Assembly (NCBI GenBank): GCA_009693835.1
Contig: SHWM01000003.1
Location: 1-63,671, forward strand
Direction: 5' to 3'
DNA length: 63,671 nucleotides
Source: Alphaproteobacteria bacterium
GTDB lineage: Bacteria; Pseudomonadota; Alphaproteobacteria; UBA11222
A program made the position numbers and the translations under genes. Each line of letters opens with the position of its first letter. The first letter of the stretch is position 1. The notes under the pieces are model-generated. The model searched no databases and was not told the DNA's origin. It saw only the letters and a list, made by a program, of their open reading frames with translations. Of this stretch, positions 1 through 10,050 are shown piece by piece.

Positions 1-725
1 CCATAGACCTTGTGGCCCGTAAATGCGTAAAAATCGCAGTCCAGATCCTGTACGTCGATGGGCAGATGCGGCGCGGCCTGACTGCCGTCCACCAGAACCG
101 GGACGCCCTGAGCGTGGGCAAGACGCACGATTTCTCTGATGGGCGTAATGGTGCCAAGCACATTCGAGACATGCGTGATGGCCACCAGGCGCGTGCGCGG
201 CGACAGCAGTTTTTCAAATTCATCCAGTTGCAACTCACCGCTGCCATCGACCGGAACCCATTTCAGAACGGCGCCTTTTTCAACCCGCAGGAAATGCCAG
301 GGAACGATGTTGGAATGATGCTCCATCACCGAGAGAATAATTTCATCGCCGTCCTGGATGCGCGGGCGCGCGAAACTCGCCGCGACCAGATTGAGCGCGC
401 CGGTGGCGTTGCCGGTAAAGATAATCTCGGAGGCGTCGCGGGCGTTCAGGAAGCCGCGCACCTTTTCCCGCGCTGCTTCATATTTTTCCGTCGCCAGGGT
501 GCTGAGCGTATGCGCGCCACGGTGAATATTGGCGTAGCTAGTCCGATAGGTGTCATCGAGTGCATGCAGGACCGATTCGGGTTTTTGTGCGGATGCTGCA
601 TTATCGAAATAGACCAGCGGCTTTCCGTTTACGTGCGTCCGCAATATCGGAAACTGCGCCCGCGCCGCCGCCACGTCAAAGCCGGCAGCCGCGCGCACCG
701 GATTCAGATTCGACGTCTTAGACAT
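1..725 (-). CDS. sufS: cysteine desulfurase SufS (N-terminal ~241 codons; 3' end runs off the window)
   Basis: The minus-strand frame is open from the window edge to the ATG at 723-725, which overlaps the sufD stop (ATGTCTAA). My translation reads MSKTSNLNPV...FPILRTHVNGKPLVYFDNAASAQKP...HRGAHTLS...FTGNATGALN...VMEHHSNIVPW...THVSNVLG...DGSQAAPH...FTGHKVYG, the SufS/CsdA class-V aminotransferase pattern. It is the last gene in the sufBCDS order. It is absent from the ORF track because it is truncated at the edge. Confidence 0.85.
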   Translation of the reverse strand, partial: MSKTSNLNPVRAAAGFDVAAARAQFPILRTHVNGKPLVYFDNAASAQKPESVLHALDDTYRTSYANIHRGAHTLSTLATEKYEAAREKVRGFLNARDASEIIFTGNATGALNLVAASFARPRIQDGDEIILSVMEHHSNIVPWHFLRVEKGAVLKWVPVDGSGELQLDEFEKLLSPRTRLVAITHVSNVLGTITPIREIVRLAHAQGVPVLVDGSQAAPHLPIDVQDLDCDFYAFTGHKVY

Positions 726-2028
726 TTTCCACCGCCAATTGCCGGGCAAGCCAGGCGCCGATCACGGCCTGCATCGCCTGCTGGATGTGCTCCGCCTCCT
801 GCGCGCTGCCGCCCTCTATCTGCGCCACGCATTCCTCCAGGAACGCGCCGATCAGCAGGGCGCGCGCCTGGGCCTCTCCAATGCCGCGCGCGCGCAGGTA
901 AAACAGCGCGCCTGCATCCAGTTGTCCCGCTGATGCGCCGTGCGCGCATTTTACGTCATCGGCCAGAATTTCAAGTTCAGGCTTGGATTTCTGCACGGCC
1001 TGCGTGGACAGCAGCAATGCCTTGATTTGCTGCCTCGCGTCCGTTCGCTGGGCCGGTTTGGCGACCCGGATCAGGCCCTGAAATATGCCTTGCGATTTGC
1101 CGGCCAGAACGTTGCGGAACATCTGGGTGCTGGTGCTGGCGGGCGCCTGATGCGCCATCACCGATGTGGTGTCGCAGACCTGATCGCCGCCTAGTATGTT
1201 CACGCCATTAAGACGGCACTGTGCGTGGCGGCCAGTGATGGCCATATGCGATTCGTTGCGGGAAAGGTGCGCGCCTCGGGTGAGGGTGAACCCATCATAA
1301 TGAGCGTCCCCTTCAAGACGCGCGTTCAGATAATGAAAATGCAGCGCCGCCAGCCCTTCCGCCTGATCCCGGTAATGCGCCAGACGCGCCCCCTCGGCAA
1401 GCTGAACATCACTGACCTGATTGACAAAATAGTCTGTCTCCGCCGGGCCAAAATGGCTTTCCAGCAGCATCAGATCGGCGCGTGGTTCCAGTACCACGAG
1501 ATTGCGGATCTGGGCGTCGCTGGAATTGCTGAACACTAGATGCACGGGTTTCGTCAGCTTGGTGCCCGCCGCCACATGAATGAACGCGCCATCCTCGGCC
1601 AGCGCGCTGTTCAGCGATAGAAACGCCGACGCGCCATTGCTTCCCATCTGCGCCGCCAGGGCCGGGTCCTGCAACAGCGCCGTGCGCAAGGACATGGCGC
1701 GAACCCCCGCCGGCAGATCGGCGGAAGCTTCCTGTAGCTCGCCATTTACAAAGCTAAGACGCCAGCAATCGATTGCCGAAAAAGGCCCATCCGGCGCGTT
1801 TTTCAACGTCTGGGCGACAGGCGCGGGCCGGGTTAAATGTTCATATAAGGGAGAGAGGTCCGTCCATCGCCAGGCTTCATCCCTGCGCGTGGGCAAGCCG
1901 GTCCCCGCGTAGCGCCCCCTCGCGTCCCGGCGCCATGCGCGCACAGGCGGGGGGGCAGAATCTGTTATAGCCTCCATCCCGCTAATCCGGCTATTCAGCG
2001 CCTGGCTGGCTGTCATGGACGTGCTCAT
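718..2028 (-). CDS. sufD: Fe-S cluster assembly protein SufD
   Basis: 436-aa ORF between sufC and sufS. Its start overlaps the sufC stop by 4 nt. The C-terminal region (...QIKALLLS...AVQKSKPELEILADDVKCAHGASAGQLD...LFYLRARGI...) matches the SufB/SufD fold. Confidence 0.85.
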   Translation of the reverse strand: MSTSMTASQALNSRISGMEAITDSAPPPVRAWRRDARGRYAGTGLPTRRDEAWRWTDLSPLYEHLTRPAPVAQTLKNAPDGPFSAIDCWRLSFVNGELQEASADLPAGVRAMSLRTALLQDPALAAQMGSNGASAFLSLNSALAEDGAFIHVAAGTKLTKPVHLVFSNSSDAQIRNLVVLEPRADLMLLESHFGPAETDYFVNQVSDVQLAEGARLAHYRDQAEGLAALHFHYLNARLEGDAHYDGFTLTRGAHLSRNESHMAITGRHAQCRLNGVNILGGDQVCDTTSVMAHQAPASTSTQMFRNVLAGKSQGIFQGLIRVAKPAQRTDARQQIKALLLSTQAVQKSKPELEILADDVKCAHGASAGQLDAGALFYLRARGIGEAQARALLIGAFLEECVAQIEGGSAQEAEHIQQAMQAVIGAWLARQLAVENV

Positions 2029-2801
2029 GCCCTGGCCGGTATCCGCTCCGGGGGTTGTTCGCCGGCATACCCTTCGCGGTCGAGTTCGAGCGCCAGTTCC
2101 CTGCCGCCGCTGCGGGTAATTTTCCCCTGCGACAGCACATGCACGAAATCCGGCACAATATGGTCCAGCAACCGCTGATAATGCGTAATCACGATCATCG
2201 CCCGGTCAGGGGTGCGCAGGGCGGAAACGCCATCGCCGACCAGACGCAGCGCGTCCACGTCCAACCCGGAATCGGTTTCGTCCAGCACCGCCAGCAGGGG
2301 CTGCAATACCGCCATCTGTAAAATCTCGCAGCGCTTCTTCTCGCCGCCTGAAAAGCCAGTATTGACAGGGCGCTTCAGCATATCGGCGGAAATTTTCAGC
2401 TTTCCGGCTTCGCGCTGCACCAGTTTCATCACCCCCATCGCATCAAGTTCTTCTTCGCCGCGCCATTTTCGTTGCGCATTCAGGGCGTGTTTCAGAAAGG
2501 TCATGGTGGCGACGCCAGGAATTTCCACCGGATATTGAAATCCCAGAAAAATTCCCTTCGCCGCGCGGGCTTCCGGGGGCAGGGGGGTAAGGTCCTCGCC
2601 CCGGTAAAAAATACTACCCTGGGTGATGTCATATCCCGGCCGCCCCGCCAGAACATAGGACAGCGTGCTTTTGCCTGACCCGTTGGGCCCCATGATGGCG
2701 TGTACTTCACCCGCATTGACCACAAGATCGACGCCGCGCAGAATTTCCTGCCCCTCGGCGGAGACATGCAGATTTTTAATTTCCAGCATGGCTTTGCCCA
2801 T
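2025..2801 (-). CDS. sufC: Fe-S cluster assembly ATPase SufC
   Basis: Contains MLEIKNLHVSAEGQEILRGVDL...GPNGSGKSTL (Walker A)...LSGGEKKRCEILQ...LAVLDETDSGLD. The track ORF start at 2969 lies inside sufB. The plausible starts are ATG 2801 (MGKAMLEIK) or ATG 2789 (MLEIK), just after the sufB stop at 2803-2805. Confidence 0.9.
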   Translation of the reverse strand: MGKAMLEIKNLHVSAEGQEILRGVDLVVNAGEVHAIMGPNGSGKSTLSYVLAGRPGYDITQGSIFYRGEDLTPLPPEARAAKGIFLGFQYPVEIPGVATMTFLKHALNAQRKWRGEEELDAMGVMKLVQREAGKLKISADMLKRPVNTGFSGGEKKRCEILQMAVLQPLLAVLDETDSGLDVDALRLVGDGVSALRTPDRAMIVITHYQRLLDHIVPDFVHVLSQGKITRSGGRELALELDREGYAGEQPPERIPARA

Positions 2802-2802
2802 T

Positions 2803-4257
<1,455 letters not shown>

Positions 4258-4264
4258 TTTACCC

Positions 4265-5392
4265 TCATCCTGCCCGGCGCAAATGCCTGCGCCGCGCAAT
4301 CATTTCCCACGCCGGCAAAAAGCCTTCAATGTCGTCAGCCGTGCTGGCCCATCCCAGACTGACGCGAATGGCGCATCCCGCCAGCGCTTCGTCTACCCGC
4401 ATCGCCGATAGAACGGCGGAACGCGTGACCTTGCCAGAGGAGCAGGCCGCCCCGGCGCTGACCGCGACCCCCGCCAGATCGAGGCTCATGACCTGCGTCG
4501 AAGCGGCGACGCCTGGAAGCGCGAAGCAGCTGGTGTTTGGAAGGCGAATTTGATCCTGTCCGAAAATGATAGCATCCGGAGCGATGGCCTGCACCGCCGC
4601 TTCCAGCCGGTCACGCAGGATGGCGGATCGGGACGCGAGCCCGGACAGGGCCTCTGCGGCTATGCCTGCCGCCAGGGCGAAACCTGTAATGGCCGCCACA
4701 TTTTCGGTGCCCGCGCGGCGTCCGCCTTCCTGGCCGCCGCCCATCATCTGCGGGGCCAGGTCCAGGCCATTGCGGACAATCAAGGCGCCGGCGCCCTGAG
4801 GTCCGCCAAATTTATGTGCCGAGAGGCTCAGCAGATCGGCCCCCAGTGCGCCGCAATCGACAGGTATTTTTCCAACCGCCTGCACCGCGTCGCAATGCAG
4901 CAGCGCCCCATGCGCATGGGCTATTCGCGCCGCCTCCGCCACGGGCTGGACGATTCCAGTTTCGTTATTAGCAAGCATGACACTGACCAGCACGGGCGCA
5001 GACCTGCGTTTCAGCATGTCTTCCAGCGCCGCAAGGTCAATGACGCCCGACGGTAATACAGGGATGATCGCATCCGGCGACGCCGCAAAACGCAGCACCG
5101 ATTCATGTTCGATGGCTGAGATTAGGACGCCGCTGGCAGCTGTGCCGCGCAGGGCCAGATTATTGGCCTCTGTCCCGCCGCACGTGAAAATGATCTCAGC
5201 AGGCCTGGCCCCTACCAGATTGGAAATTTCCCGGCGCGCAGATTCGATCATAGCGCGGGCTGTACGGCCGGGTCCATGGATGCTCGACGCATTGCCTGGC
5301 GAAAGCAACGCTTCTGTCATGACGCGCACAACCTCCGGCCGCACCGGCGCGGTGGCGTTGTTATCCAGATAGATCATCTGATCAGGCTGCAT
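4265..5392 (-). CDS. cysteine desulfurase, NifS/IscS-like class V aminotransferase
   Basis: Contains [16 protein letters not shown]...[12 protein letters not shown]...[10 protein letters not shown]...[12 protein letters not shown]...[16 protein letters not shown] (PLP-lysine motif SAHK). It lies between the Rrf2 regulator gene and sufB. Confidence 0.85.
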   Translation of the reverse strand: MQPDQMIYLDNNATAPVRPEVVRVMTEALLSPGNASSIHGPGRTARAMIESARREISNLVGARPAEIIFTCGGTEANNLALRGTAASGVLISAIEHESVLRFAASPDAIIPVLPSGVIDLAALEDMLKRRSAPVLVSVMLANNETGIVQPVAEAARIAHAHGALLHCDAVQAVGKIPVDCGALGADLLSLSAHKFGGPQGAGALIVRNGLDLAPQMMGGGQEGGRRAGTENVAAITGFALAAGIAAEALSGLASRSAILRDRLEAAVQAIAPDAIIFGQDQIRLPNTSCFALPGVAASTQVMSLDLAGVAVSAGAACSSGKVTRSAVLSAMRVDEALAGCAIRVSLGWASTADDIEGFLPAWEMIARRRHLRRAG

Positions 5393-5407
5393 CTTGTTCC
5401 CAAACGG

Positions 5408-5902
5408 CTATGGCGCAACAGAGGCCAGTTGCGGAGTATCCATACCGGGTGCAAGCTCCGGAATCTGCCGGAGATTGGCGCTGTTTCCCAGGACGCGTTT
5501 CTCAACCACATCGTCCAGCGTGACCCTATTCAGATAGATATGAATCTGCCGGCCCAGCTCTTCCCATAAATCATGCGTCATGCACCGGCTGTTATGCTTG
5601 GAACAGCCCTTTGAGGAACCGGTCTGACACCGGGTCGTTCTGATCGGCTCATCAACCGCGAGAATAATATCGGCAATGCGGATCTGATCCCTGGGGTTTG
5701 CCAGCCGGTAGCCGCCACCCGGCCCCCGCACGCTGCGCACGATGCCGCCCCGCCGCAACTTTGCGAATAATTGCTCAAGATAGGACAAAGAGATATCCTG
5801 ACGAGCAGCAATTTCCGCAAGCGTGACCGGCTTATCCGACCCTTCGCCAGCCAGATCGACCATCGCCATTACCGCATAGCGCCCGCGGGTGCTTAGTCTC
5901 AC
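5408..5902 (-). CDS. Rrf2 family transcriptional regulator (IscR-like), first gene of the suf cluster
   Basis: GTG start. Contains MRLSTRGRYAVMAMVDLA...PVTLAEIAARQDISLSYLEQLFAKLRRGGIVRSVRGPGGGYRLA, a winged-helix Rrf2 signature. Cys residues (...TRCQTGSSKGCSKHNSRCMTH...) could serve as Fe-S ligands. Confidence 0.8.
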   Translation of the reverse strand: MRLSTRGRYAVMAMVDLAGEGSDKPVTLAEIAARQDISLSYLEQLFAKLRRGGIVRSVRGPGGGYRLANPRDQIRIADIILAVDEPIRTTRCQTGSSKGCSKHNSRCMTHDLWEELGRQIHIYLNRVTLDDVVEKRVLGNSANLRQIPELAPGMDTPQLASVAP

Positions 5903-6028
5903 GTCCTTGGTCCTTTCAATGGGTAAGGTTTCCTGGAGCAGATTTTGCTGCCATTTCCAGGCCCGCTTATGATATGACCGCGCTCGGCAACTTATCAGTC
6001 AGGCCAGCATCGTTGGGGCCGAATGTAA

Positions 6029-6053
6029 ACAACCTACTAATTTTGTCAAGTAT
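6029..6053 (-). promoter_or_regulatory. candidate IscR/Rrf2 operator upstream of the suf operon
   Basis: ACAACCTACTAATTTTGTCAAGTAT matches the remembered type-1 IscR consensus ATASYYGACTRWWWYAGTCRRSTAT at 21 of 25 positions by my count. It lies about 130 nt upstream of the Rrf2 gene start in an AT-rich divergent intergenic region. Confidence 0.3.
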
Positions 6054-6156
6054 ATCCCAATAATTTCTTATAACCATTTGTTTTTAATGAAATAATATTC
6101 ATATATAATCTGATTGATTTAGTCTGAGACAGACTTTAGAGAAGGAATGTTGGCCT

Positions 6157-6819
6157 ATGTCTGAAATCTTTTTCAATGGCCCCGCGGGCCGTATTGAGGG
6201 CCGCTATTATCCGGCGAGCCGGGTTAACGCACCAATAGCGCTGGTTTTGCATCCGCATCCGCTATATGGCGGTTCCATGCAGAACAAGGTCGTCCACCAG
6301 GTGGGCCAGATATTCCAGAAAAACGAATTTTCGGTGCTGCGTTTCAATTTCAGGGGCGTGGGCCGCAGCGTAGGGGAATATGACCATGGACAGGGTGAAT
6401 TGTCCGACGCGGCGTCTGCCCTCGATTGGCTGCAGCAGATCAATGAAAATGCACCGCAATGCTGGATTGCCGGTTTTTCGTTCGGCGCCTGGATCGCCAT
6501 GCAGCTATTGATGCGCCGCCCGGAAATTTCTGGATTTATTGGTATCGCGCCGCCCGCCAACAATTATGATTTCGCGTTCCTGGCGCCCTGTCCGGTGTCC
6601 GGCGCGATCATCCATGGCACGGCGGATCAGGTGGTGCCGATAGACAGTGTGGACAAGCTGGTGAACAAATTGTCGTCGCAGAAGAATATTGTGGTGGATT
6701 ATCTCAAAATCAAAGGCGCCAACCATTTCTTTGAGACGCATATTCCTGATCTCAGCAAACATGTCAGCGAATATCTTGTCCGGCAGTTCGCGTTACTGGA
6801 AGCCAAGCAGACGGCCTGA
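6157..6819 (+). CDS. alpha/beta hydrolase fold protein (COG2945-like)
   Basis: 220 aa with SD GAAGGA upstream. It has the nucleophile elbow GFSFG and ...VLHPHPLYGGSM...RFNFRGVGRS...HGTADQVVP... Confidence 0.7.
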   Translation: MSEIFFNGPAGRIEGRYYPASRVNAPIALVLHPHPLYGGSMQNKVVHQVGQIFQKNEFSVLRFNFRGVGRSVGEYDHGQGELSDAASALDWLQQINENAPQCWIAGFSFGAWIAMQLLMRRPEISGFIGIAPPANNYDFAFLAPCPVSGAIIHGTADQVVPIDSVDKLVNKLSSQKNIVVDYLKIKGANHFFETHIPDLSKHVSEYLVRQFALLEAKQTA

Positions 6820-7971
6820 TCAGGCGGATTGGAGCCTGCGTTCCAGAACACCGCCCAGTGCAGGCCTTGGCGCGCCCGTGGTGGACGGAAGACTGATTGG
6901 CAGGCCACGCAGGCTGCGCACGGCCAGATAGGCGAAGGCTTCGGCCTCCAGCGCGTCGCCGCGCCAGCCTGCGTCTTCAGCCGGCTGAACCGGAACGCCC
7001 AGCTCCCCGCGCAGCATTTCCATTAAGGTCGGATTATGGCGTCCGCCGCCACATACGACCCAGCGCACCGGCGCCTCGGGCAGATGCCGCACCGATGCGG
7101 CAATGGAGGCAGCCGTGAAGGCGGCCAGTGTGGCCGCGCCGTCCTCGGTTGAAAGGCCTGCCACCAGCGACAGATCAAAGGCCTGCCGGTCCAGGCTTTT
7201 GGGCGGAGGCGCCTGGATCTGGGGCGAGGCCATCAGCGCGGCAAGGGCAGGGGCATCCACCCGGCCGCCTGCCGCGAGTGCGCCATCGCGGTCCATGGGT
7301 GTGCCGGTCTTTAGGGCGCACCAGTCATCTATCAGGCCATTACCCGGCCCCGTGTCAAAGGCGACAATGCCATTTCCCAGTGGATCGAGGCGCAAATCCA
7401 GCCAGCTTACATTGGCTATGCCGCCGATATTCAAAATCGCCAGCGGCCCCGGTTCGTCTGCTACCAGATTGCGCGCCAGACCCTGATGATAGAGCGGCAC
7501 CAGAGGCGCCCCCTGTCCGCCCAGGGCCACATCCGCGCTGCGAAAATCATGAACGACATCAATATCAAGGCTGCGCGCCAGCCAGCCGCCGTCGCCGATT
7601 TGCAGGGTGAACCCGTTTTCCGGGCGATGCAGAAGGGTCTGGCCGTGAAACCCGACTACGGCGACCTGCCTGGATTCGATCCCGGCGTCCCGGAGTAACG
7701 CCTCCACCACCAGCCTGTGCATTTGCGTGAGGTCCCGGCTAAGAGAAAGGATTTGTGGGTCCTGCCGTGCAACGCTACCCAGTCTGGCAGCCAGCGCCAT
7801 GGCGCCGCGAAGCCGGGTACGCATCAACGCGTCATAAGGCTGGGTGGCCCAGGGGCCAAAAGACTCGACCCGCTCCCCGTCGGTACGGATCAGGGCGGCG
7901 TCGATGCCATCGAGCGAGGTGCCGCTCATCAGGCCGAGTGCAAGGACTGGTTCCATCCCGGTGGCTCCCAC
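6820..7971 (-). CDS. anmK: anhydro-N-acetylmuramic acid kinase
   Basis: Contains LGLMSGTSLDGIDAALIRTDG...VGFHGQTLLHRP...NIGGIANVS...FDTGPGNGLIDDW. It is divergent from tyrS, as in many alphaproteobacteria. An alternative start is M6 at 7956. Confidence 0.85.
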   Translation of the reverse strand: MGATGMEPVLALGLMSGTSLDGIDAALIRTDGERVESFGPWATQPYDALMRTRLRGAMALAARLGSVARQDPQILSLSRDLTQMHRLVVEALLRDAGIESRQVAVVGFHGQTLLHRPENGFTLQIGDGGWLARSLDIDVVHDFRSADVALGGQGAPLVPLYHQGLARNLVADEPGPLAILNIGGIANVSWLDLRLDPLGNGIVAFDTGPGNGLIDDWCALKTGTPMDRDGALAAGGRVDAPALAALMASPQIQAPPPKSLDRQAFDLSLVAGLSTEDGAATLAAFTAASIAASVRHLPEAPVRWVVCGGGRHNPTLMEMLRGELGVPVQPAEDAGWRGDALEAEAFAYLAVRSLRGLPISLPSTTGAPRPALGGVLERRLQSA

Positions 7972-8031
7972 CTTTTCGGTTGCCTGTAAAGCTGTTACAT
8001 CTTATCCGCATCAGACACAACATAGTCCGCC

Positions 8032-9300
8032 ATGACAGTCATGAAGATGAAGTTAAATTCCAGTTTTTTACAAACCTTCACCGAACGCGGTTATCTGCAT
8101 CAATGCAGTGATCTTGAGGGGCTGGACGCATTGGCCGCACGTCAGCCCATTACCGCTTATGTAGGGTATGACTGCACGGCGCCGAGCCTGCATGTCGGCA
8201 GCCTGATTTCCATCATGATGCTACGCCTGCTTCAGAAATCCGGCCATAAACCGATTGTGCTGATCGGCGGCGGCACCACGCGGGTGGGCGATCCAACCGG
8301 CAAGGATGAATCGCGTCCCTTGCTGACAGAGGTGCAGATCGAGACCAACATTTCGGGCATCCGGAAGGTTTTTGAACGTTTCATAAAGTTCGGCGATGGG
8401 CCAACCGACGCGATCATGGTGAATAATGCCGGCTGGCTGGACCGGCTGAACTATATCGAATTCCTGCGCGATTTTGGCACTCATTTCACGATCAACCGGA
8501 TGCTGACCATGGACAGTGTCAAGCTGCGCCTGGAACGGGAGCAGCCGCTGACCTTTCTCGAATTCAATTATATGCTGTTGCAGGCCTATGATTTTCTGGA
8601 ACTGAACCGCAAGTATGGCTGCCATCTGCAAATGGGCGGATCGGACCAGTGGGGCAATATTGTCAATGGCGTGGAACTGGGACGGCGCGCCGATGGCGCG
8701 CATTTGTTCGGCCTGACCACCCCGCTGCTGACCCTGTCTTCGGGCAAAAAAATGGGCAAATCCGAGAGCGGCGCGGTGTGGTTGAACAGCGAAATGCTGA
8801 GCCCCTACGACTATTGGCAATATTGGCGCAATGTCGAAGATGCGGATGTCGGGCGCTTTTTGCGGCTGTTCACGGAACTGCCGCTGGATGAAATCGCGCG
8901 GCTGGATAAATTGCAGGGCCAGGAACTCAACGACGCCAAAAAACTTCTGGCGACCGAAGCGACACTCATGGCGCATGGGCTAGATGCGGCGCAGCAGGCG
9001 GCTGAAACCGCGCGAAGAACTTTTGAAGAAGGCGCGGTGGCCGAGGGCTTGCCGGAACTGACCATTCCGCCGGCCGATTTCGCGCCAGGTATCGCGGTGT
9101 CGGAACTGCTTCGCCGTTCAGGCCTGTGCGCCAGCGGCGGCGAAGCCAGGCGTCTAATCAAGAACCGCGGCGTGCGAATCAACGATCAGTTGATAGAGAA
9201 CGAACTTGCATCGCTCAACCCCGCAGATTTCGCCGGCGGGGCGGTTAAACTTAGCGCCGGCAAAAAAAAGCATGTTCTGGTGCGGGCAGGGGCAGGCTGA
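8032..9300 (+). CDS. tyrS: tyrosine--tRNA ligase
   Basis: Contains ...[10 protein letters not shown]...[16 protein letters not shown] (HIGH-type)...GGSDQWGNI...KMGKSESG (KMSKS-type), plus a C-terminal S4-like domain. The start could also be 8041 or 8047 (MKMKL/MKL). Confidence 0.92.
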   Translation: MTVMKMKLNSSFLQTFTERGYLHQCSDLEGLDALAARQPITAYVGYDCTAPSLHVGSLISIMMLRLLQKSGHKPIVLIGGGTTRVGDPTGKDESRPLLTEVQIETNISGIRKVFERFIKFGDGPTDAIMVNNAGWLDRLNYIEFLRDFGTHFTINRMLTMDSVKLRLEREQPLTFLEFNYMLLQAYDFLELNRKYGCHLQMGGSDQWGNIVNGVELGRRADGAHLFGLTTPLLTLSSGKKMGKSESGAVWLNSEMLSPYDYWQYWRNVEDADVGRFLRLFTELPLDEIARLDKLQGQELNDAKKLLATEATLMAHGLDAAQQAAETARRTFEEGAVAEGLPELTIPPADFAPGIAVSELLRRSGLCASGGEARRLIKNRGVRINDQLIENELASLNPADFAGGAVKLSAGKKKHVLVRAGAG

Positions 9301-9350
9301 TACCCAGAGACTGTTTCCGCAGTACAGAATCAGTTTAACGCTTTTATTCT

Positions 9351-9447
9351 CACCCCACCCCAAATCCCCGCTCCATCAAGGGGGGATTTCCTCCGCCTAT
9401 CGGGCCTCCCGTTCCTCCCGCTTGTGGGGAGGGGCGGGGTGGGGGGT
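9351..9447. repeat. GC-rich composite imperfect inverted repeat (REP-like) in the convergent tyrS / flavin-reductase gap; probable bidirectional terminator
   Basis: The outer arms are CACCCCACCCC (9351-9361) and GGGGTGGGGGG (9437-9447). Internal hairpins are CCCC..GGGG (about 9366-9385) and CCTCCC-gcttgtg-GGGAGG (9414-9432). Confidence 0.4.
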
Positions 9448-9479
9448 AATAGGATCAACCTGTCTTATTAAAACTGACA

Positions 9480-9980
9480 CTAACCCCCGTAAAATACTTT
9501 CTCGCCCAGGTCTTTCATCCACAATATGGCGTCGTCGGCGCGTGCGTCAGGCTGTTTGGCGACTTTGGCGTCGGTCACCTGACCCACAAAAATATGGTGG
9601 TCTCCCTGTTCGACGATGCTTGTCACCTTGCATTCCACACAGGCAATGGCGTTGCCAAGGATAGGGGAACCATTGGCTCCCGCCGTGAACGGCTCGCCGC
9701 TAATCTTGTCACCATCAAGCGCTGCCGGCTTGAAAAAATTGAACCCCACCGGCGCCTGCCCTTTGCCCAGCATATTCAGGGCGAAACACCGGGTTTTCTT
9801 GATCAGCGCATAGGCCCCGCTGTCCGTTTTGATCGCCACGGCGACCAATGGCGGATCAAAGGAAGTTTGCGTCACCCAGTTAACAGTGGCGGCAGCGATG
9901 TCCCCGCCGGACCGGGCGGTCAGGACATAAATGCCGTATGGTATCATTCGCAACGCTGTCTTTTTTGCGGCATCATCCAT
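9480..9980 (-). CDS. flavin reductase family protein (FMN-binding split-barrel)
   Basis: Contains MDDAAKKTALRMIPYGIYVLTARSGGDIAAATVNWVTQTSFDPPLVAVAIK...GDHHIFVGQV. The track ORF start at 10124 overlaps the upstream gene, so ATG 9980 is used. Confidence 0.75.
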   Translation of the reverse strand: MDDAAKKTALRMIPYGIYVLTARSGGDIAAATVNWVTQTSFDPPLVAVAIKTDSGAYALIKKTRCFALNMLGKGQAPVGFNFFKPAALDGDKISGEPFTAGANGSPILGNAIACVECKVTSIVEQGDHHIFVGQVTDAKVAKQPDARADDAILWMKDLGEKVFYGG

Positions 9981-10050
9981 GGCTTTCTCCTGTGCTAAAT
10001 GAATATGAGCGACAGGATTTCCCAATATTGCCTGTGAATCAAGAGCCCAT

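Noticed and set aside
12-1025. A 337-aa ORF on the + strand at the window start.
   Set aside because: It lies antisense to clearly recognisable sufS and sufD sequences. It is Arg/Ala/Pro-rich, as expected for an antisense frame in high-GC DNA, and I recognise no domain signature.
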